Assembly: GCF_001457595.1 (NCBI RefSeq)
Contig: NZ_LN831039.1
Span: 4,740,001-4,772,000, forward strand
Origin: Mycolicibacterium smegmatis
GTDB lineage: Bacteria > Actinomycetota > Actinomycetes > Mycobacteriales > Mycobacteriaceae
DNA: 32,000 bases
Direction of reading: 5' to 3'
In this document: positions 16,858-26,560 of the stretch, one piece after another
Position numbering within the stretch: position 1 is the first letter of the stretch
Layout of the letters: every line of letters starts with the position of its first letter
Program-made: the position numbers and the translations under genes
The notes under the pieces: generated by a model
What the model was told of the DNA's origin: nothing
Seen by the model: the letters and a program-made list of their open reading frames with translations, nothing else
The model's database searches: none

Positions 16858-19173
16858 ATGACCCGCGCCAGTGACGTCCGAGATTTTGACGCCGATTACG
16901 ACGATCACGATGTGATCACCTCCGGCCCCAAGCACGAGGCGGCCGGCGTGAAGGCCGTGATGGTTTCGATGCAGCGGGGACTCACCCAGATGGGACCGGT
17001 GCGCACCACCGCGGCGCTGACCCGCCTGAACCAGCGTCACGGCTTCGACTGCCCGGGTTGTGCGTGGCCCGAGGAACACGGCGGCCGCAAGCTCGCCGAG
17101 TTCTGCGAGAACGGGGCCAAGGCCGTTGCCGAGGAAGCCACCAAGCGCAGGGTCACGCCGGAGTTCTTCGCGCGCCACAGCGTCGCCGAACTGCAGAACA
17201 AGCCCGAGTACTGGCTGTCGCAGCAGGGCAGGCTCACCCATCCCATGGTGCTGCACGAGGGCGATACGCACTACCGGCCGATCGCGTGGGATGACGCCTA
17301 CCGGTTGATCGCCGACGAACTGAACGCACTCGACTCCCCCGACGAGGCCTGCTTCTACACCTCCGGGCGCACCAGCAACGAGGCCGCGTTCCTCTACCAG
17401 CTCCTGGTGCGCAGCTACGGCACCAACAACCTGCCCGACTGCTCCAACATGTGCCATGAGTCCTCGGGTACGGCGCTGACGGAGTCGATCGGCATCGGCA
17501 AGGGTTCGGTGACCGTCGACGACCTGATCCACGCGGACGTCATCGTGATCGCGGGGCAGAACCCCGGCACCAACCACCCGCGCATGCTGTCCATCCTGGA
17601 GAAAGCTAAAGCCAACGGCGCCAAGGTCATTGCGATCAACCCGCTGCCCGAGGCCGGGCTGATCCGGTTCAAGGACCCGCAGAAGGTCCACGGCGTCGTC
17701 GGCCACGGTGTCCCCATCGCCGATGAGTTCGTGCAGATCCGCATCGGCGGCGACATGGCGCTGTTCGCCGGTCTGGGCAAGCTGCTGCTCGAGGCCGAGG
17801 ACAAGGCGCCCGGCACCGTCGTCGACCACGAGTTCGTCGCGGCACACTGCGCGGGTTTCGACGAGTACGCCGCGCAGACCCGCGCGGTGGATCTGGACAC
17901 CGTCGTCGAGGCCAGCGGCATCGACCGCACGCAGTTGCAGCGCGTCGCCGACATGCTGATCGGCTCCGAGCGCACCGTGCTGTGCTGGGCGATGGGTCTG
18001 ACGCAGCAGCACCACGCCGTGGCCACGATCGGTGAGGCCACCAACCTGCTGCTCATGCGCGGCATGATCGGCAAGCCCGGCGCGGGTGTGTGCCCGGTGC
18101 GCGGGCACTCGAACGTGCAGGGCGACCGCACCATGGGCATCTGGGAGAAGGCGCCCGACGCCTTCCTCGACGCCCTCGACGCGCATTTCGGCATCACCAG
18201 CCCGCGCAAGCACGGCTACGATGCCGTCGACTCGATCCGCGCGATGCGCGACGGCAAGGCCAAGGTGTTCATGGCCATGGGCGGCAACTTCGTCTCGGCC
18301 AGCCCCGACACCGAGGTCACCGAGGCCGCCCTTCGCAGCTGCAATCTCACCGTGCAGGTCTCGACCAAGCTGAACCGCAGCCACTTCGTGCCGGGCCGCA
18401 AGGCGCTGATCCTGCCGACGCTGGGCCGCACCGACCGCGACATCGTCGACGGGCGCAAACAGCTGGTGTCGGTTGAGGATTCGATGTCGATGGTGCATCT
18501 GTCCCGCGGCAGCCTCAAGCCGCCGAGCGCCGAGCTGCGCAGCGAGGTGGCCATCGTGTGCCAGCTCGCGCGCACCCTGCTGGGCCCCGACCACCCCGTG
18601 CCGTGGGAGACGTTCGCCTCCGACTACGACACCATCCGCGACGCGATCGCCGCGGTGGTCCCCGGCTGCACGGACTACAACACCCGGGTGCGCAGGCCCG
18701 ACGGCTTCCAGCTGCCGCACCCGCCGCGGGACTCACGCGAATTCCCCACCCACACAGGCAAAGCGAACTTCTCGGTCTACCCGCTGGAATGGGTTCCGGT
18801 GCCCGAGGGACGGCTGGTGCTGCAGACCCTGCGCAGCCACGACCAGTACAACACCACCATCTACGGCCTCGACGACCGCTACCGCGGCGTGAAGGGCGGC
18901 AGGCGCGTGGTGTTCGTCAACCCCACCGACATCGCCCGCCTCGGACTCAAGCCCGACGACCGGGTGGACCTGATCTCGGAGTTCGAAGGCCAGGAACGGT
19001 GGGCCAAGGACTTCCTGGTGGTGCCGTACTCGACGCCCGAGGGCAACGCCGCGGCCTACTACCCCGAGACCAATCCGCTGGTGCCGCTTGACCATACGGC
19101 CAAGAAGTCCAACACGCCGGTGTCCAAGGCCGTCGTCGTCAGGCTGCAGCGCCGCGAGGGAAGCGCGTCGTAA
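16858..19173 (+). CDS. FdhF/YdeP family molybdopterin oxidoreductase (formate dehydrogenase-like alpha subunit)
   Basis: ~771 aa; [102 protein letters not shown]; followed directly by fdhD. Confidence 0.94.
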   Translation: MTRASDVRDFDADYDDHDVITSGPKHEAAGVKAVMVSMQRGLTQMGPVRTTAALTRLNQRHGFDCPGCAWPEEHGGRKLAEFCENGAKAVAEEATKRRVTPEFFARHSVAELQNKPEYWLSQQGRLTHPMVLHEGDTHYRPIAWDDAYRLIADELNALDSPDEACFYTSGRTSNEAAFLYQLLVRSYGTNNLPDCSNMCHESSGTALTESIGIGKGSVTVDDLIHADVIVIAGQNPGTNHPRMLSILEKAKANGAKVIAINPLPEAGLIRFKDPQKVHGVVGHGVPIADEFVQIRIGGDMALFAGLGKLLLEAEDKAPGTVVDHEFVAAHCAGFDEYAAQTRAVDLDTVVEASGIDRTQLQRVADMLIGSERTVLCWAMGLTQQHHAVATIGEATNLLLMRGMIGKPGAGVCPVRGHSNVQGDRTMGIWEKAPDAFLDALDAHFGITSPRKHGYDAVDSIRAMRDGKAKVFMAMGGNFVSASPDTEVTEAALRSCNLTVQVSTKLNRSHFVPGRKALILPTLGRTDRDIVDGRKQLVSVEDSMSMVHLSRGSLKPPSAELRSEVAIVCQLARTLLGPDHPVPWETFASDYDTIRDAIAAVVPGCTDYNTRVRRPDGFQLPHPPRDSREFPTHTGKANFSVYPLEWVPVPEGRLVLQTLRSHDQYNTTIYGLDDRYRGVKGGRRVVFVNPTDIARLGLKPDDRVDLISEFEGQERWAKDFLVVPYSTPEGNAAAYYPETNPLVPLDHTAKKSNTPVSKAVVVRLQRREGSAS

Positions 19174-19997
19174 TGGGCCGCGTGACCGCGCGGCGCCGCG
19201 CCCACCACGTGACCCTGGACCGGTCGGAGGCCCGCCCCGAGACACTCGTCGTCGAAGAGCCCCTGGAGATCCGGGTCAACGGCACGCCCATCACGGTCAC
19301 CATGCGCACCCCCGGCTCCGATATCGAACTGGCACAAGGGTTCCTGCTCACCGAGGGCGTGATCCGCAGGCGCGACGACCTTCTCGCGGTGCGGTACTGC
19401 CGCGGCGCCACCGAGGACGGGGTCAACACCTACAACGTGCTGGACGTGACGCTGGCGCCCGATGTCCCGGCACCCGACGTGGACGTCACCCGCAACTTCT
19501 ACACCACCTCGTCGTGCGGGGTGTGCGGCAAGGCCTCGCTGGAGGCCGTCCGCCTGATCAGCAAGCACTGTCCGGGCGACGATCCGGCCACCATCACCGC
19601 CGAGACGCTCGCGTCGATGCCCACGCAGTTGCGGCGTGCCCAGAAGGTGTTCAACAGCACCGGCGGCCTACACGGCGCCGCGCTGTTCGACGCCGACAGG
19701 AACATGCTGGTGGTCCGTGAGGACATCGGCAGGCACAACGCGGTGGACAAGGTGATCGGCTGGGCCGTCGAGCAGGAGCGGGTCCCGTTGTCCGGCACCG
19801 TGCTGCTGGTGAGCGGCCGCGCGTCGTTCGAACTCACCCAGAAGGCCGTCATGGCCGGCATCCCCGTGCTGGCCGCGGTGTCGGCACCATCGTCGCTCGC
19901 GGTGGACCTCGCGAGCCAGTCGGGGCTGACGCTCGTGGCGTTCCTGCGTGGCGAGTCGATGAACGTCTACACCCGTCCCGATCGTGTCATGAACTGA
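19173..19997 (+). CDS. fdhD: Formate dehydrogenase accessory sulfurtransferase
   Basis: 274 aa; [67 protein letters not shown]; TAATG overlap with the upstream gene. Confidence 0.96.
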   Translation: MGRVTARRRAHHVTLDRSEARPETLVVEEPLEIRVNGTPITVTMRTPGSDIELAQGFLLTEGVIRRRDDLLAVRYCRGATEDGVNTYNVLDVTLAPDVPAPDVDVTRNFYTTSSCGVCGKASLEAVRLISKHCPGDDPATITAETLASMPTQLRRAQKVFNSTGGLHGAALFDADRNMLVVREDIGRHNAVDKVIGWAVEQERVPLSGTVLLVSGRASFELTQKAVMAGIPVLAAVSAPSSLAVDLASQSGLTLVAFLRGESMNVYTRPDRVMN

Positions 19998-20134
19998 GCG
20001 GCTGACCTGAGAACAGGTCAGGCGGCGCTTCTACCTGCAATCTCCACCTGATCTCCACGAAACCTCCAAGCCCGCGAGGCCCGTGATCGGCGACGATCGA
20101 TTCTCGTCGCACTTTGCAGATCACGGGAGCTCGT

Positions 20135-21475
20135 ATGGCGGACATTCTCATCGCGTCACATTCACCGATCGGCCACATCGGGCCGCTGCTGAACGTCGCG
20201 TACGGACTTGTCGGCCGCGGCGACCGGGTGACCGTGCTGACCTCGGCCCAGCACACCGACGCGATCCGGGCGAGCGGAGCCGTCCCCGTGGCCCTGCCCG
20301 ACGCAGGCGACCCCGACGCGGACCGCCTCGACATCGAGAATCCGAAGAGGGCCAGGACGTCGGGCATCGCCCGGATCAACGTCGACATCGTCGCATTCTT
20401 CGTCGCTCCCATGGCCCATCAGGCCGACGCACTGGCGAAACTGTTGGCCCAACACCGGTTCGACGCCGTCATCGCCGACTACGGCTTCTTCGGCATCCTG
20501 CCGTTCCTGCTGGGCAACCGCGCCGACCGGCCGCCGTTCCTCACCTACTCGACGACACCGCTCATGCTCAGCAGCCGTGACACCGCTCCCGCCGGCCTCG
20601 GGCTCCCGCCGCCCCGCCACGCCGTCGAGCGACTACGCAACCGCGCGCTGGAGACCCTGACGCACAAGGTGCTGCTGCGTGCGTCCCAGCGCGCCGTGCA
20701 GGAGCAACTGCACCGCATGAACTGCCGCCCCTTGCCCGTGTTCCTGTTCGACGGAGCCGTGCTGAGCGAGCGGGTGATCGCGCCCACGGTGCCGCAATTC
20801 GACTACCACCGAAGCGATCTGCCGAAGAACGTGCGCTACGTCGGTGCGGTGCACCCGATGCCCAACCAGGGCTTCCGCCGTCCGATGTGGTGGCGACTGC
20901 TCGACGGTGACCGCCCCGTCGTCCACGTCACGCAGGGCACCGTCGACAACACCGATCTGACCCGGCTGCTCGAACCGACCCTCGAGGCCCTCGCCGACGA
21001 GGACTTCGTCGTCATCGCCAGCACCGGCGGACGCGATCTCGACGTGCTGCGCACGCCGGTCCCGGCCAACACCTATGTGGCCAAATACATCCCGCATGAT
21101 CTGCTGATGCCCAAGGTCGACGTGCTGGTGACCAACGGCGGTTACGGCACGGTGCAGCGGGCCCTGTCGTGCGGTGTGCCGCTCGTGGTGGCGGGCAAGA
21201 CCGAGGACAAGCCCGAGGTGGCCGCGCGCGTCGCGTGGTCCGGCGCGGGCATCGACCTGCGCACCGGGACCCCCACGCCCGCGGCGATCCGCGATGCCGT
21301 GCGCGAGGTCCTCACCGACAAGCGGTATCTGTCCCGCGCCCGCACACTCGAAGCGGCCTTCGCGCAACGCGACGGCGTGGCCGAGATCATCGCGCTGGTC
21401 GACGAGGTGATCGCCGAGCGCCGCGCCGAGGTCGGCGGTGAGCTCGCCTGCGAAGTCACTCACGAGCAGCGGTAG
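20135..21475 (+). CDS. MGT/UGT-type glycosyltransferase (GT1 family)
   Basis: MADILIASHSPIGHIGPLLNVAYGLVGRGDRVTVLTS; donor-binding region VDVLVTNGGYGTVQRALSCGVPLVVAGKTEDKPEVAARVAWSGAGIDL. ORF extends to 20114. Confidence 0.9.
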   Translation: MADILIASHSPIGHIGPLLNVAYGLVGRGDRVTVLTSAQHTDAIRASGAVPVALPDAGDPDADRLDIENPKRARTSGIARINVDIVAFFVAPMAHQADALAKLLAQHRFDAVIADYGFFGILPFLLGNRADRPPFLTYSTTPLMLSSRDTAPAGLGLPPPRHAVERLRNRALETLTHKVLLRASQRAVQEQLHRMNCRPLPVFLFDGAVLSERVIAPTVPQFDYHRSDLPKNVRYVGAVHPMPNQGFRRPMWWRLLDGDRPVVHVTQGTVDNTDLTRLLEPTLEALADEDFVVIASTGGRDLDVLRTPVPANTYVAKYIPHDLLMPKVDVLVTNGGYGTVQRALSCGVPLVVAGKTEDKPEVAARVAWSGAGIDLRTGTPTPAAIRDAVREVLTDKRYLSRARTLEAAFAQRDGVAEIIALVDEVIAERRAEVGGELACEVTHEQR

Positions 21476-21494
21476 GGAGAACAAGGAACAAAAA

Positions 21495-21533
21495 GAAGAA
21501 GCCCCCGGGATATGGAGTCCCGGGGGCTTCTTC
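21495..21533 (-). terminator. Intrinsic terminator of clpX (may also stop the convergent glycosyltransferase)
   Basis: Perfect 16-bp stem gaagaagcccccggga / tcccgggggcttcttc, 7-nt loop, followed on the minus strand by TTTTTG. Confidence 0.93.
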
Positions 21534-21542
21534 GAGTCTGGC

Positions 21543-22823
21543 TTACGCGCTCTTGTCGCGGCGCTCGCTGCGAGAAGGCTTGCGCGGCACGATCGTCGGC
21601 AGGACGTTGTCCTGGACGGTCTCCTTGGTGACCACCACCTTGGCGACGTCGTCGCGGCTCGGGATGTCGTACATCACCGGCAGCAGGACCTCTTCCATGA
21701 TGGCGCGCAGGCCGCGGGCACCCGTGCCGCGGTGGATGGCCTGATCGGCGATCGCCTCGAGGGCCTCTTCGGTGAACTCCAGTTCCACGCCGTCCATCTC
21801 GAACAACCGCACGTACTGCTTGACCAGCGCGTTCTTGGGCTCGGAGAGGATCTTGACCAGGGAGGCCTTGTCCAGGTTGGTCACCGACGCCACGACGGGC
21901 AGACGTCCGATGAACTCGGGGATCAGACCGAACTTGATCAGATCCTCGGGCATGACCTCGGCGAAGTGGTCCTGCGTGTCGATCTCGGCCTTCGACCGCA
22001 CCTCGGCACCGAAGCCGAGGCCGCGCTTGCCGACGCGGTCGGAGACGATCTTCTCCAGGCCCGCGAAGGCGCCCGCGACGATGAACAACACGTTGGTGGT
22101 GTCGATCTGGATGAACTCCTGGTGCGGATGCTTGCGCCCGCCCTGCGGTGGCACCGACGCCTGCGTACCCTCCAGGATCTTCAGCAGCGCCTGCTGCACA
22201 CCCTCACCCGACACGTCGCGCGTGATCGACGGGTTCTCGCTCTTGCGGGCGATCTTGTCGACCTCGTCGATGTAGATGATGCCGGTCTCGGCGCGCTTGA
22301 CGTCGTAATCGGCGGCCTGGATGAGCTTGAGGAGGATGTTCTCGACGTCCTCACCGACGTAGCCGGCCTCGGTCAACGCGGTGGCGTCGGCGATGGCGAA
22401 CGGCACGTTGAGCATCTTGGCCAGCGTCTGCGCCAGGTAGGTCTTGCCGCAGCCCGTGGGCCCGAGCATCAGGATGTTGGACTTGGTCAGCTCGACCGGT
22501 TCGGACCGCGAGTCGCGGGACTTCTCCCCCGCCTGGATCCGCTTGTAGTGGTTGTAGACCGCAACGGCCAGCGTCCGCTTGGCGGAGTCCTGACCGATGA
22601 CGTAACCCTCGAGGAACTCGCGGATCTCCGCGGGTTTGGGCAACTCGTCGAGCTTGACGTCGTCAGCGTCGGCGAGTTCCTCCTCGATGATCTCGTTGCA
22701 CAGGTCGATGCACTCATCGCAGATATAGACGCCCGGCCCCGCGATGAGCTTCTTGACCTGCTTCTGGCTCTTCCCACAGAACGAGCACTTCAGCAGGTCA
22801 CCACCGTCTCCAATGCGCGCCAT
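21543..22823 (-). CDS. clpX: ATP-dependent Clp protease ATP-binding subunit ClpX
   Basis: 426 aa; zinc-binding [33 protein letters not shown], Walker [47 protein letters not shown]. Confidence 0.99.
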   Translation of the reverse strand: MARIGDGGDLLKCSFCGKSQKQVKKLIAGPGVYICDECIDLCNEIIEEELADADDVKLDELPKPAEIREFLEGYVIGQDSAKRTLAVAVYNHYKRIQAGEKSRDSRSEPVELTKSNILMLGPTGCGKTYLAQTLAKMLNVPFAIADATALTEAGYVGEDVENILLKLIQAADYDVKRAETGIIYIDEVDKIARKSENPSITRDVSGEGVQQALLKILEGTQASVPPQGGRKHPHQEFIQIDTTNVLFIVAGAFAGLEKIVSDRVGKRGLGFGAEVRSKAEIDTQDHFAEVMPEDLIKFGLIPEFIGRLPVVASVTNLDKASLVKILSEPKNALVKQYVRLFEMDGVELEFTEEALEAIADQAIHRGTGARGLRAIMEEVLLPVMYDIPSRDDVAKVVVTKETVQDNVLPTIVPRKPSRSERRDKSA

Positions 22824-23233
22824 GTGGGGGGGTCCTACTTCCTGTTCGCAGTCAGTCTTTACGCCGCTTCGTGGGTCTCCCCGGGCGTATGCCCGACGCT
22901 ACCCGTTGTTTCCGGTGCGATGCGACCTTAAAGCCGAATCGCGCGGATGGTATTTGTCCGTGCTGGAGAACATATCGCTCTCGGCGGCTCGCCACGTGTC
23001 GGCGCGCTGTCCGTGTCTTGGGTGTGTCGTCCCGGAGAGGCAACCGAAACCCCGCCGACACCGTGGTGTTTGCCGTTCTCCACGATACCGTGCGCCCCTC
23101 GCACGCCCGTCACCGATTTGAGGCAAACGCCTCATGTGCTGCGCCGATGACCCGAGCAGCCTTGACCGCATGAAGAAAACAAGCGCGAGCATGTACGCGC
23201 TGGGGCACGGCCTGATCGAGCCCCGATAGACGA

Positions 23234-23265
23234 AACGGGTCCCCGGCATCGGCCGGGGACCCGTT
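23234..23265 (-). terminator. Terminator-like hairpin downstream of clpP2
   Basis: Perfect 14-bp stem aacgggtccccggc / gccggggacccgtt with a 4-nt loop, just past the clpP2 stop. Confidence 0.85.
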
Positions 23266-23279
23266 GTCGTGTCAGAGAT

Positions 23280-23936
23280 TTACGACGTCTGCGCAGACAG
23301 CTTGCGGTACTGCAGCACGGTGTCGATGATCCCGTACTCCTTGGCCTCTTCGGCCGTCAGGATCTTGTCGCGGTCGGTGTCCTTGCGGATCTGCGCCGGA
23401 TCCTTGCCGGTGTGGCGGGCCAGCGTGGTCTCCATCAGCGTGCGCATGCGCTCGATCTCCGCGGCCTGGATCTCCAGATCGGAGAACTGGCCCTGGATGA
23501 CACCCGAGAGCGCGGGCTGGTGGATCAGCACGCGCGCGTTCGGCAGCGCCAGACGCTTGCCGGGCGTGCCCGCCGCCAGCAGCACGGCCGCGGCCGACGC
23601 GGCCTGGCCGAGGCACACCGTCTGGATGTCGGCGCGCACGTACTGCATGGTGTCGTAGATCGCCATCAGCGACGTGAACGAGCCACCGGGCGAGTTGATG
23701 TACATCGTGATGTCGCGGTCGGGATCCAGCGACTCCAGCACCAGCAACTGGGCCATGATGTCGTTGGCCGACGCGTCGTCCACCTGCACGCCGAGGAAGA
23801 TGATGCGCTCCTCGAACAGCTTGTTGTACGGGTTGGACTCCTTGACACCGAAGCTCGAGTGCTCGATGAAGGACGGCAGGATGTAGCGGGCCTGCGGCTG
23901 CAGCCGGGCGTCCAGTGACGGATGAATGTTGCTCAT
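23280..23936 (-). CDS. clpP2: ATP-dependent Clp protease proteolytic subunit ClpP2
   Basis: 218 aa; [64 protein letters not shown]. Confidence 0.97.
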   Translation of the reverse strand: MSNIHPSLDARLQPQARYILPSFIEHSSFGVKESNPYNKLFEERIIFLGVQVDDASANDIMAQLLVLESLDPDRDITMYINSPGGSFTSLMAIYDTMQYVRADIQTVCLGQAASAAAVLLAAGTPGKRLALPNARVLIHQPALSGVIQGQFSDLEIQAAEIERMRTLMETTLARHTGKDPAQIRKDTDRDKILTAEEAKEYGIIDTVLQYRKLSAQTS

Positions 23937-24544
23937 TTGTCTAGTCCTGCTCCCGGTCCTTCGCCGTTGACTGAGGCGCTGGTGATGATGTGATCGACGA
24001 ACCCGTACTCCAGCGCTTCCTGTGCGGTGAACCAGCGGTCGCGGTCCGAATCGGCCTCGATGCGCTCGATGGGCTGCCCGGTGAATTCGGCGTTGAGCCG
24101 GAACATCTCCTTCTTGATGACCGCGAACTGCTCGGCCTGGATGGCGATGTCGGCCGCGCTGCCGGTCACGCCGCCGAGCGGCTGGTGCATCAGGATGCGC
24201 GCATGGGGCAGGGCGTAGCGCTTGCCCTTGGTGCCCGCGGCGAGCAGGAACTCACCCATCGAGGCGGCCATGCCCATGGCGTAGGTGGCGATGTCGCACG
24301 GCGCGAGCACCATGGTGTCGTAGATCGCCATCCCCGCGCTGATCGAGCCGCCGGGCGAGTTGATGTACAGGTGGATGTCCTTGGTCGGATCTTCCGCCGA
24401 CAGCAACAGGATCTGTGCGCAGAGCCGGTTGGCGATGTCGTCGTCCACTTGGGAACCGAGGAAGATGATCCGCTCGGCGAGCAGCCGCTCGTACACCGAG
24501 TCGACAAGGTTCAGCCCCTGCCCGGTGCCACGCATGTCAGTCAC
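23933..24544 (-). CDS. clpP1: ATP-dependent Clp protease proteolytic subunit ClpP1
   Basis: [78 protein letters not shown]; GTG 24544 (VTDMRG) favoured over ORF-track 24580; 4-bp ATGA overlap with clpP2. Confidence 0.97.
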   Translation of the reverse strand: MTDMRGTGQGLNLVDSVYERLLAERIIFLGSQVDDDIANRLCAQILLLSAEDPTKDIHLYINSPGGSISAGMAIYDTMVLAPCDIATYAMGMAASMGEFLLAAGTKGKRYALPHARILMHQPLGGVTGSAADIAIQAEQFAVIKKEMFRLNAEFTGQPIERIEADSDRDRWFTAQEALEYGFVDHIITSASVNGEGPGAGLDK

Positions 24545-24642
24545 GACTGGATACCTGCTTTCTACTACGTCTTGGTACACGCACTGGTACTGACGACACT
24601 AACCAACCTGACGCGCGACGCACTCCCGTACGGGGGCGCGTT

Positions 24643-24653
24643 CGCTCACAGCG
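24643..24653. promoter_or_regulatory. Candidate ClgR box upstream of clpP1P2
   Basis: cgctcacagcg matches the CGCYNANRGCG core I recall for actinobacterial ClgR, about 100 bp before clpP1. Confidence 0.6.
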
Positions 24654-26063
24654 TCACTTGTCGGTGTCGTCGGCGTCCTCGGCGGCTTCGCCTTCGGCGG
24701 CGTCGGTCGACTCCTCGGCGCTGTCCTCGGCGGCCTGCTCACCCGAAGGACCGAAGAACTCCGTGGTGTCGATCACGTTGCCGTCGGTGTCGGTGACCGT
24801 CGCGGCGTGCACGACCGCGGCGATGGTCAGGCCACGGCGGACGTCGGCGAACATGGCGGGCAGCTGGTTGTTCTGCTGCAGGATTTGGATCAGCTGCTGC
24901 GGCTCCAGGCCGTACTGACGCGACATCAGCACGAGGCGCTCGGTGAGGTCGTTCTGGCTGACCTGGATCTCGAGCTTGTCGGCCACGGCGTCCATGAGCA
25001 GCTGGGTCTTGACGGCCTTCTCGGCCTCGGTGCGGGTTTCGGCGTCGAACTCCTCGCGGCTGCTGCCCTGCTCGGCGAGCTGCTCGGCGAACTTCTCCTC
25101 GTCGTGGTCGAGGCCGTGGATCGCGTTGTGCACCACCTCGTCGATCTGCGCCTGCACGATCTTCTCCGGCAGCGGCACCTCGGTGTGCTCCAGCAGCGCC
25201 TCGATGGCCTTGTCGCGGATCTGCTCGGCCTGCTGCACGCTCTTGAGGCGGCGGACCTGGTCGACGAGGCTGTTCCTCAGCTCCTCGATGGTGTCGTATT
25301 CGCTTGCCAGCTGGGCGAATTCGTCGTCGGGCTCGGGCAGCTCGCGCTCCTTGACCGACTTGACGGTCACGGTCACCTCGGCGTCCTGGCCGGCGTACTC
25401 ACCGGCGACCAGCTTGGTGGTGAACGTCTTGGACTCGTCGGCCTTCAGACCGATGATGGCCTCGTCGAGACCGTCGATGAGCTGGCCGGAACCGACCTCG
25501 TGCGACAGACCCTCGGTGGCGGCCTCCGGCACCTCGTTGCCGTCGACGGTGGCCGACAGGTCGATCGAGACGAAGTCACCTTCCTGCACACCGCGCTCGA
25601 CACCCTTGAGGGTGCCGAAGCGTGCGCGCAGCGACTGCAGCTCGGCGTCGACCTCTTCGTCGGTGACCTCGATCGGGTCGACGGTGATCTTCAGCGACTC
25701 GAGCTCGGGCAGCGTGATCTCGGGACGGATGTCGACCTCGGCGGTGAAGACGAGCTCTTCGTTGTCTTCGAGCTTGGTGATCTCGATCTCGGGCTGGCCG
25801 AGCGGCTTGAGATCCGAGGTCGAGACGGCCTCGCTGTAGCGGCTGGGCAGCGCGTCGTTGACCACCTGCTCCAGCACGGCGCCGCGGCCGATGCGGGCCT
25901 CCAGCAGCTTGCGCGGCGCCTTGCCGGGACGGAACCCGGGCAGCCGGACCTGCTTGGCCAGCTCCTTGAACGCGCGGTCGAAGTCGGGCTCAAGCTCGGT
26001 GAAGGGCACCTCCACGTTGATGCGAACCCGGGTGGGGCTCAACTGCTCGACTGTGCTCTTCAC
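24654..26063 (-). CDS. tig: Trigger factor
   Basis: 469 aa; [67 protein letters not shown]; acidic C-terminal tail. Confidence 0.98.
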   Translation of the reverse strand: MKSTVEQLSPTRVRINVEVPFTELEPDFDRAFKELAKQVRLPGFRPGKAPRKLLEARIGRGAVLEQVVNDALPSRYSEAVSTSDLKPLGQPEIEITKLEDNEELVFTAEVDIRPEITLPELESLKITVDPIEVTDEEVDAELQSLRARFGTLKGVERGVQEGDFVSIDLSATVDGNEVPEAATEGLSHEVGSGQLIDGLDEAIIGLKADESKTFTTKLVAGEYAGQDAEVTVTVKSVKERELPEPDDEFAQLASEYDTIEELRNSLVDQVRRLKSVQQAEQIRDKAIEALLEHTEVPLPEKIVQAQIDEVVHNAIHGLDHDEEKFAEQLAEQGSSREEFDAETRTEAEKAVKTQLLMDAVADKLEIQVSQNDLTERLVLMSRQYGLEPQQLIQILQQNNQLPAMFADVRRGLTIAAVVHAATVTDTDGNVIDTTEFFGPSGEQAAEDSAEESTDAAEGEAAEDADDTDK

Positions 26064-26114
26064 CTTGTGCTCCTTGATGTCTTTCTCGATGTCCGTGTCG
26101 TACGGGTGGGCGAG

Positions 26115-26188
26115 TCGGGGTGACAGGATTTGAACCTGCGGCCTTCCGCTCCCAAAGCGGATGCGCTACCAAGCTGCGCTACACCCCG
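26115..26188 (-). tRNA. tRNA-Pro(TGG)
   Basis: CGGGGTGTAGCGCAGCTTGGTAGCGCATCCGCTTTGGGAGCGGAAGGCCGCAGGTTCAAATCCTGTCACCCCGA; 7-bp acceptor CGGGGTG/CACCCCG; anticodon loop TTTGGGA; GGTTCAAATCC T-arm. Confidence 0.96.
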
Positions 26189-26264
26189 TGGTGGTCCATC
26201 CGCAGGCCGAGAACCGCGAAAGGGCCACGCGAGATACTACGTGCTCGCGACACGAGACCCTTAA

Positions 26265-26294
26265 TTGGATTTGGTTTCAGCTCCCCGGTACAGT
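26265..26294 (+). promoter_or_regulatory. Candidate sigma-A-type promoter of tRNA-Gly
   Basis: TTGGAT (26265-26270), 18-nt spacer, TACAGT (26289-26294), 14 nt before the mature tRNA 5' end. Confidence 0.5.
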
Positions 26295-26308
26295 GCTGGT
26301 GCTGACAT

Positions 26309-26379
26309 GCGGGCGTAGCTCAATGGTAGAGCCCTAGTCTTCCAAACTAGCTACGCGGGTTCGATTCCCGTCGCCCGCT
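26309..26379 (+). tRNA. tRNA-Gly(TCC)
   Basis: GCGGGCGTAGCTCAATGGTAGAGCCCTAGTCTTCCAAACTAGCTACGCGGGTTCGATTCCCGTCGCCCGCT; acceptor GCGGGCG/CGCCCGC, anticodon loop CTTCCAA. Confidence 0.97.
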
Positions 26380-26383
26380 CGGT

Positions 26384-26410
26384 AGGGACCGCCACGTGCG
26401 GTCCCTTTTT
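26384..26410 (+). terminator. Intrinsic terminator of tRNA-Gly
   Basis: agggaccgc-cacgt-gcggtccct followed by a T tract (26406-26410). Confidence 0.92.
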
Positions 26411-26436
26411 CGTTGCCGAGTGCTCAACTGCCCCCG

Positions 26437-26493
26437 CGATTTCTGCACCAAGGTCGTGGTTCGTCGCAGATCACGACCGTGGTGCAGAAATCG
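26437..26493. repeat. Long imperfect intergenic inverted repeat (hairpin)
   Basis: CGATTTCTGCACCAAGGTCGTG (26437-26458) vs CACGACCGTGGTGCAGAAATCG (26472-26493): 21/22 paired, 13-nt loop. Confidence 0.85.
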
Positions 26494-26560
26494 GCGCACC
26501 AGCCCTGGGCACGCAGATGCTTAGATCTCTGCTGGGACGAGGTCGAGCTGAGGGGGCGCG

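Noticed and set aside
16336-18720. 794-aa minus-strand ORF antisense to the fdhF-like gene
   Set aside because: Arg/Gly/His-rich product with no recognisable domain; it mirrors a well-supported coding gene on the other strand and is a high-GC artefact.
16858-19173. Selenocysteine-containing formate dehydrogenase
   Set aside because: No in-frame TGA in the ORF and no SECIS-like context noted; the protein reads through as a YdeP-type enzyme.
21438-22931. 497-aa plus-strand ORF opposite clpX
   Set aside because: Antisense shadow of clpX, includes the clpX terminator sequence in its coding frame.
22899-23249. 116-aa minus-strand ORF (and others at 22852-23173) in the clpX-clpP2 gap
   Set aside because: No Shine-Dalgarno or recognisable domain, frames overlap the clpP2 terminator; kept only as an unexplained intergenic region.
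24807-26123. 438-aa plus-strand ORF opposite tig extending toward tRNA-Pro
   Set aside because: Low-complexity Leu/Val/Gly/Asp product, antisense to trigger factor; artefact of codon bias.
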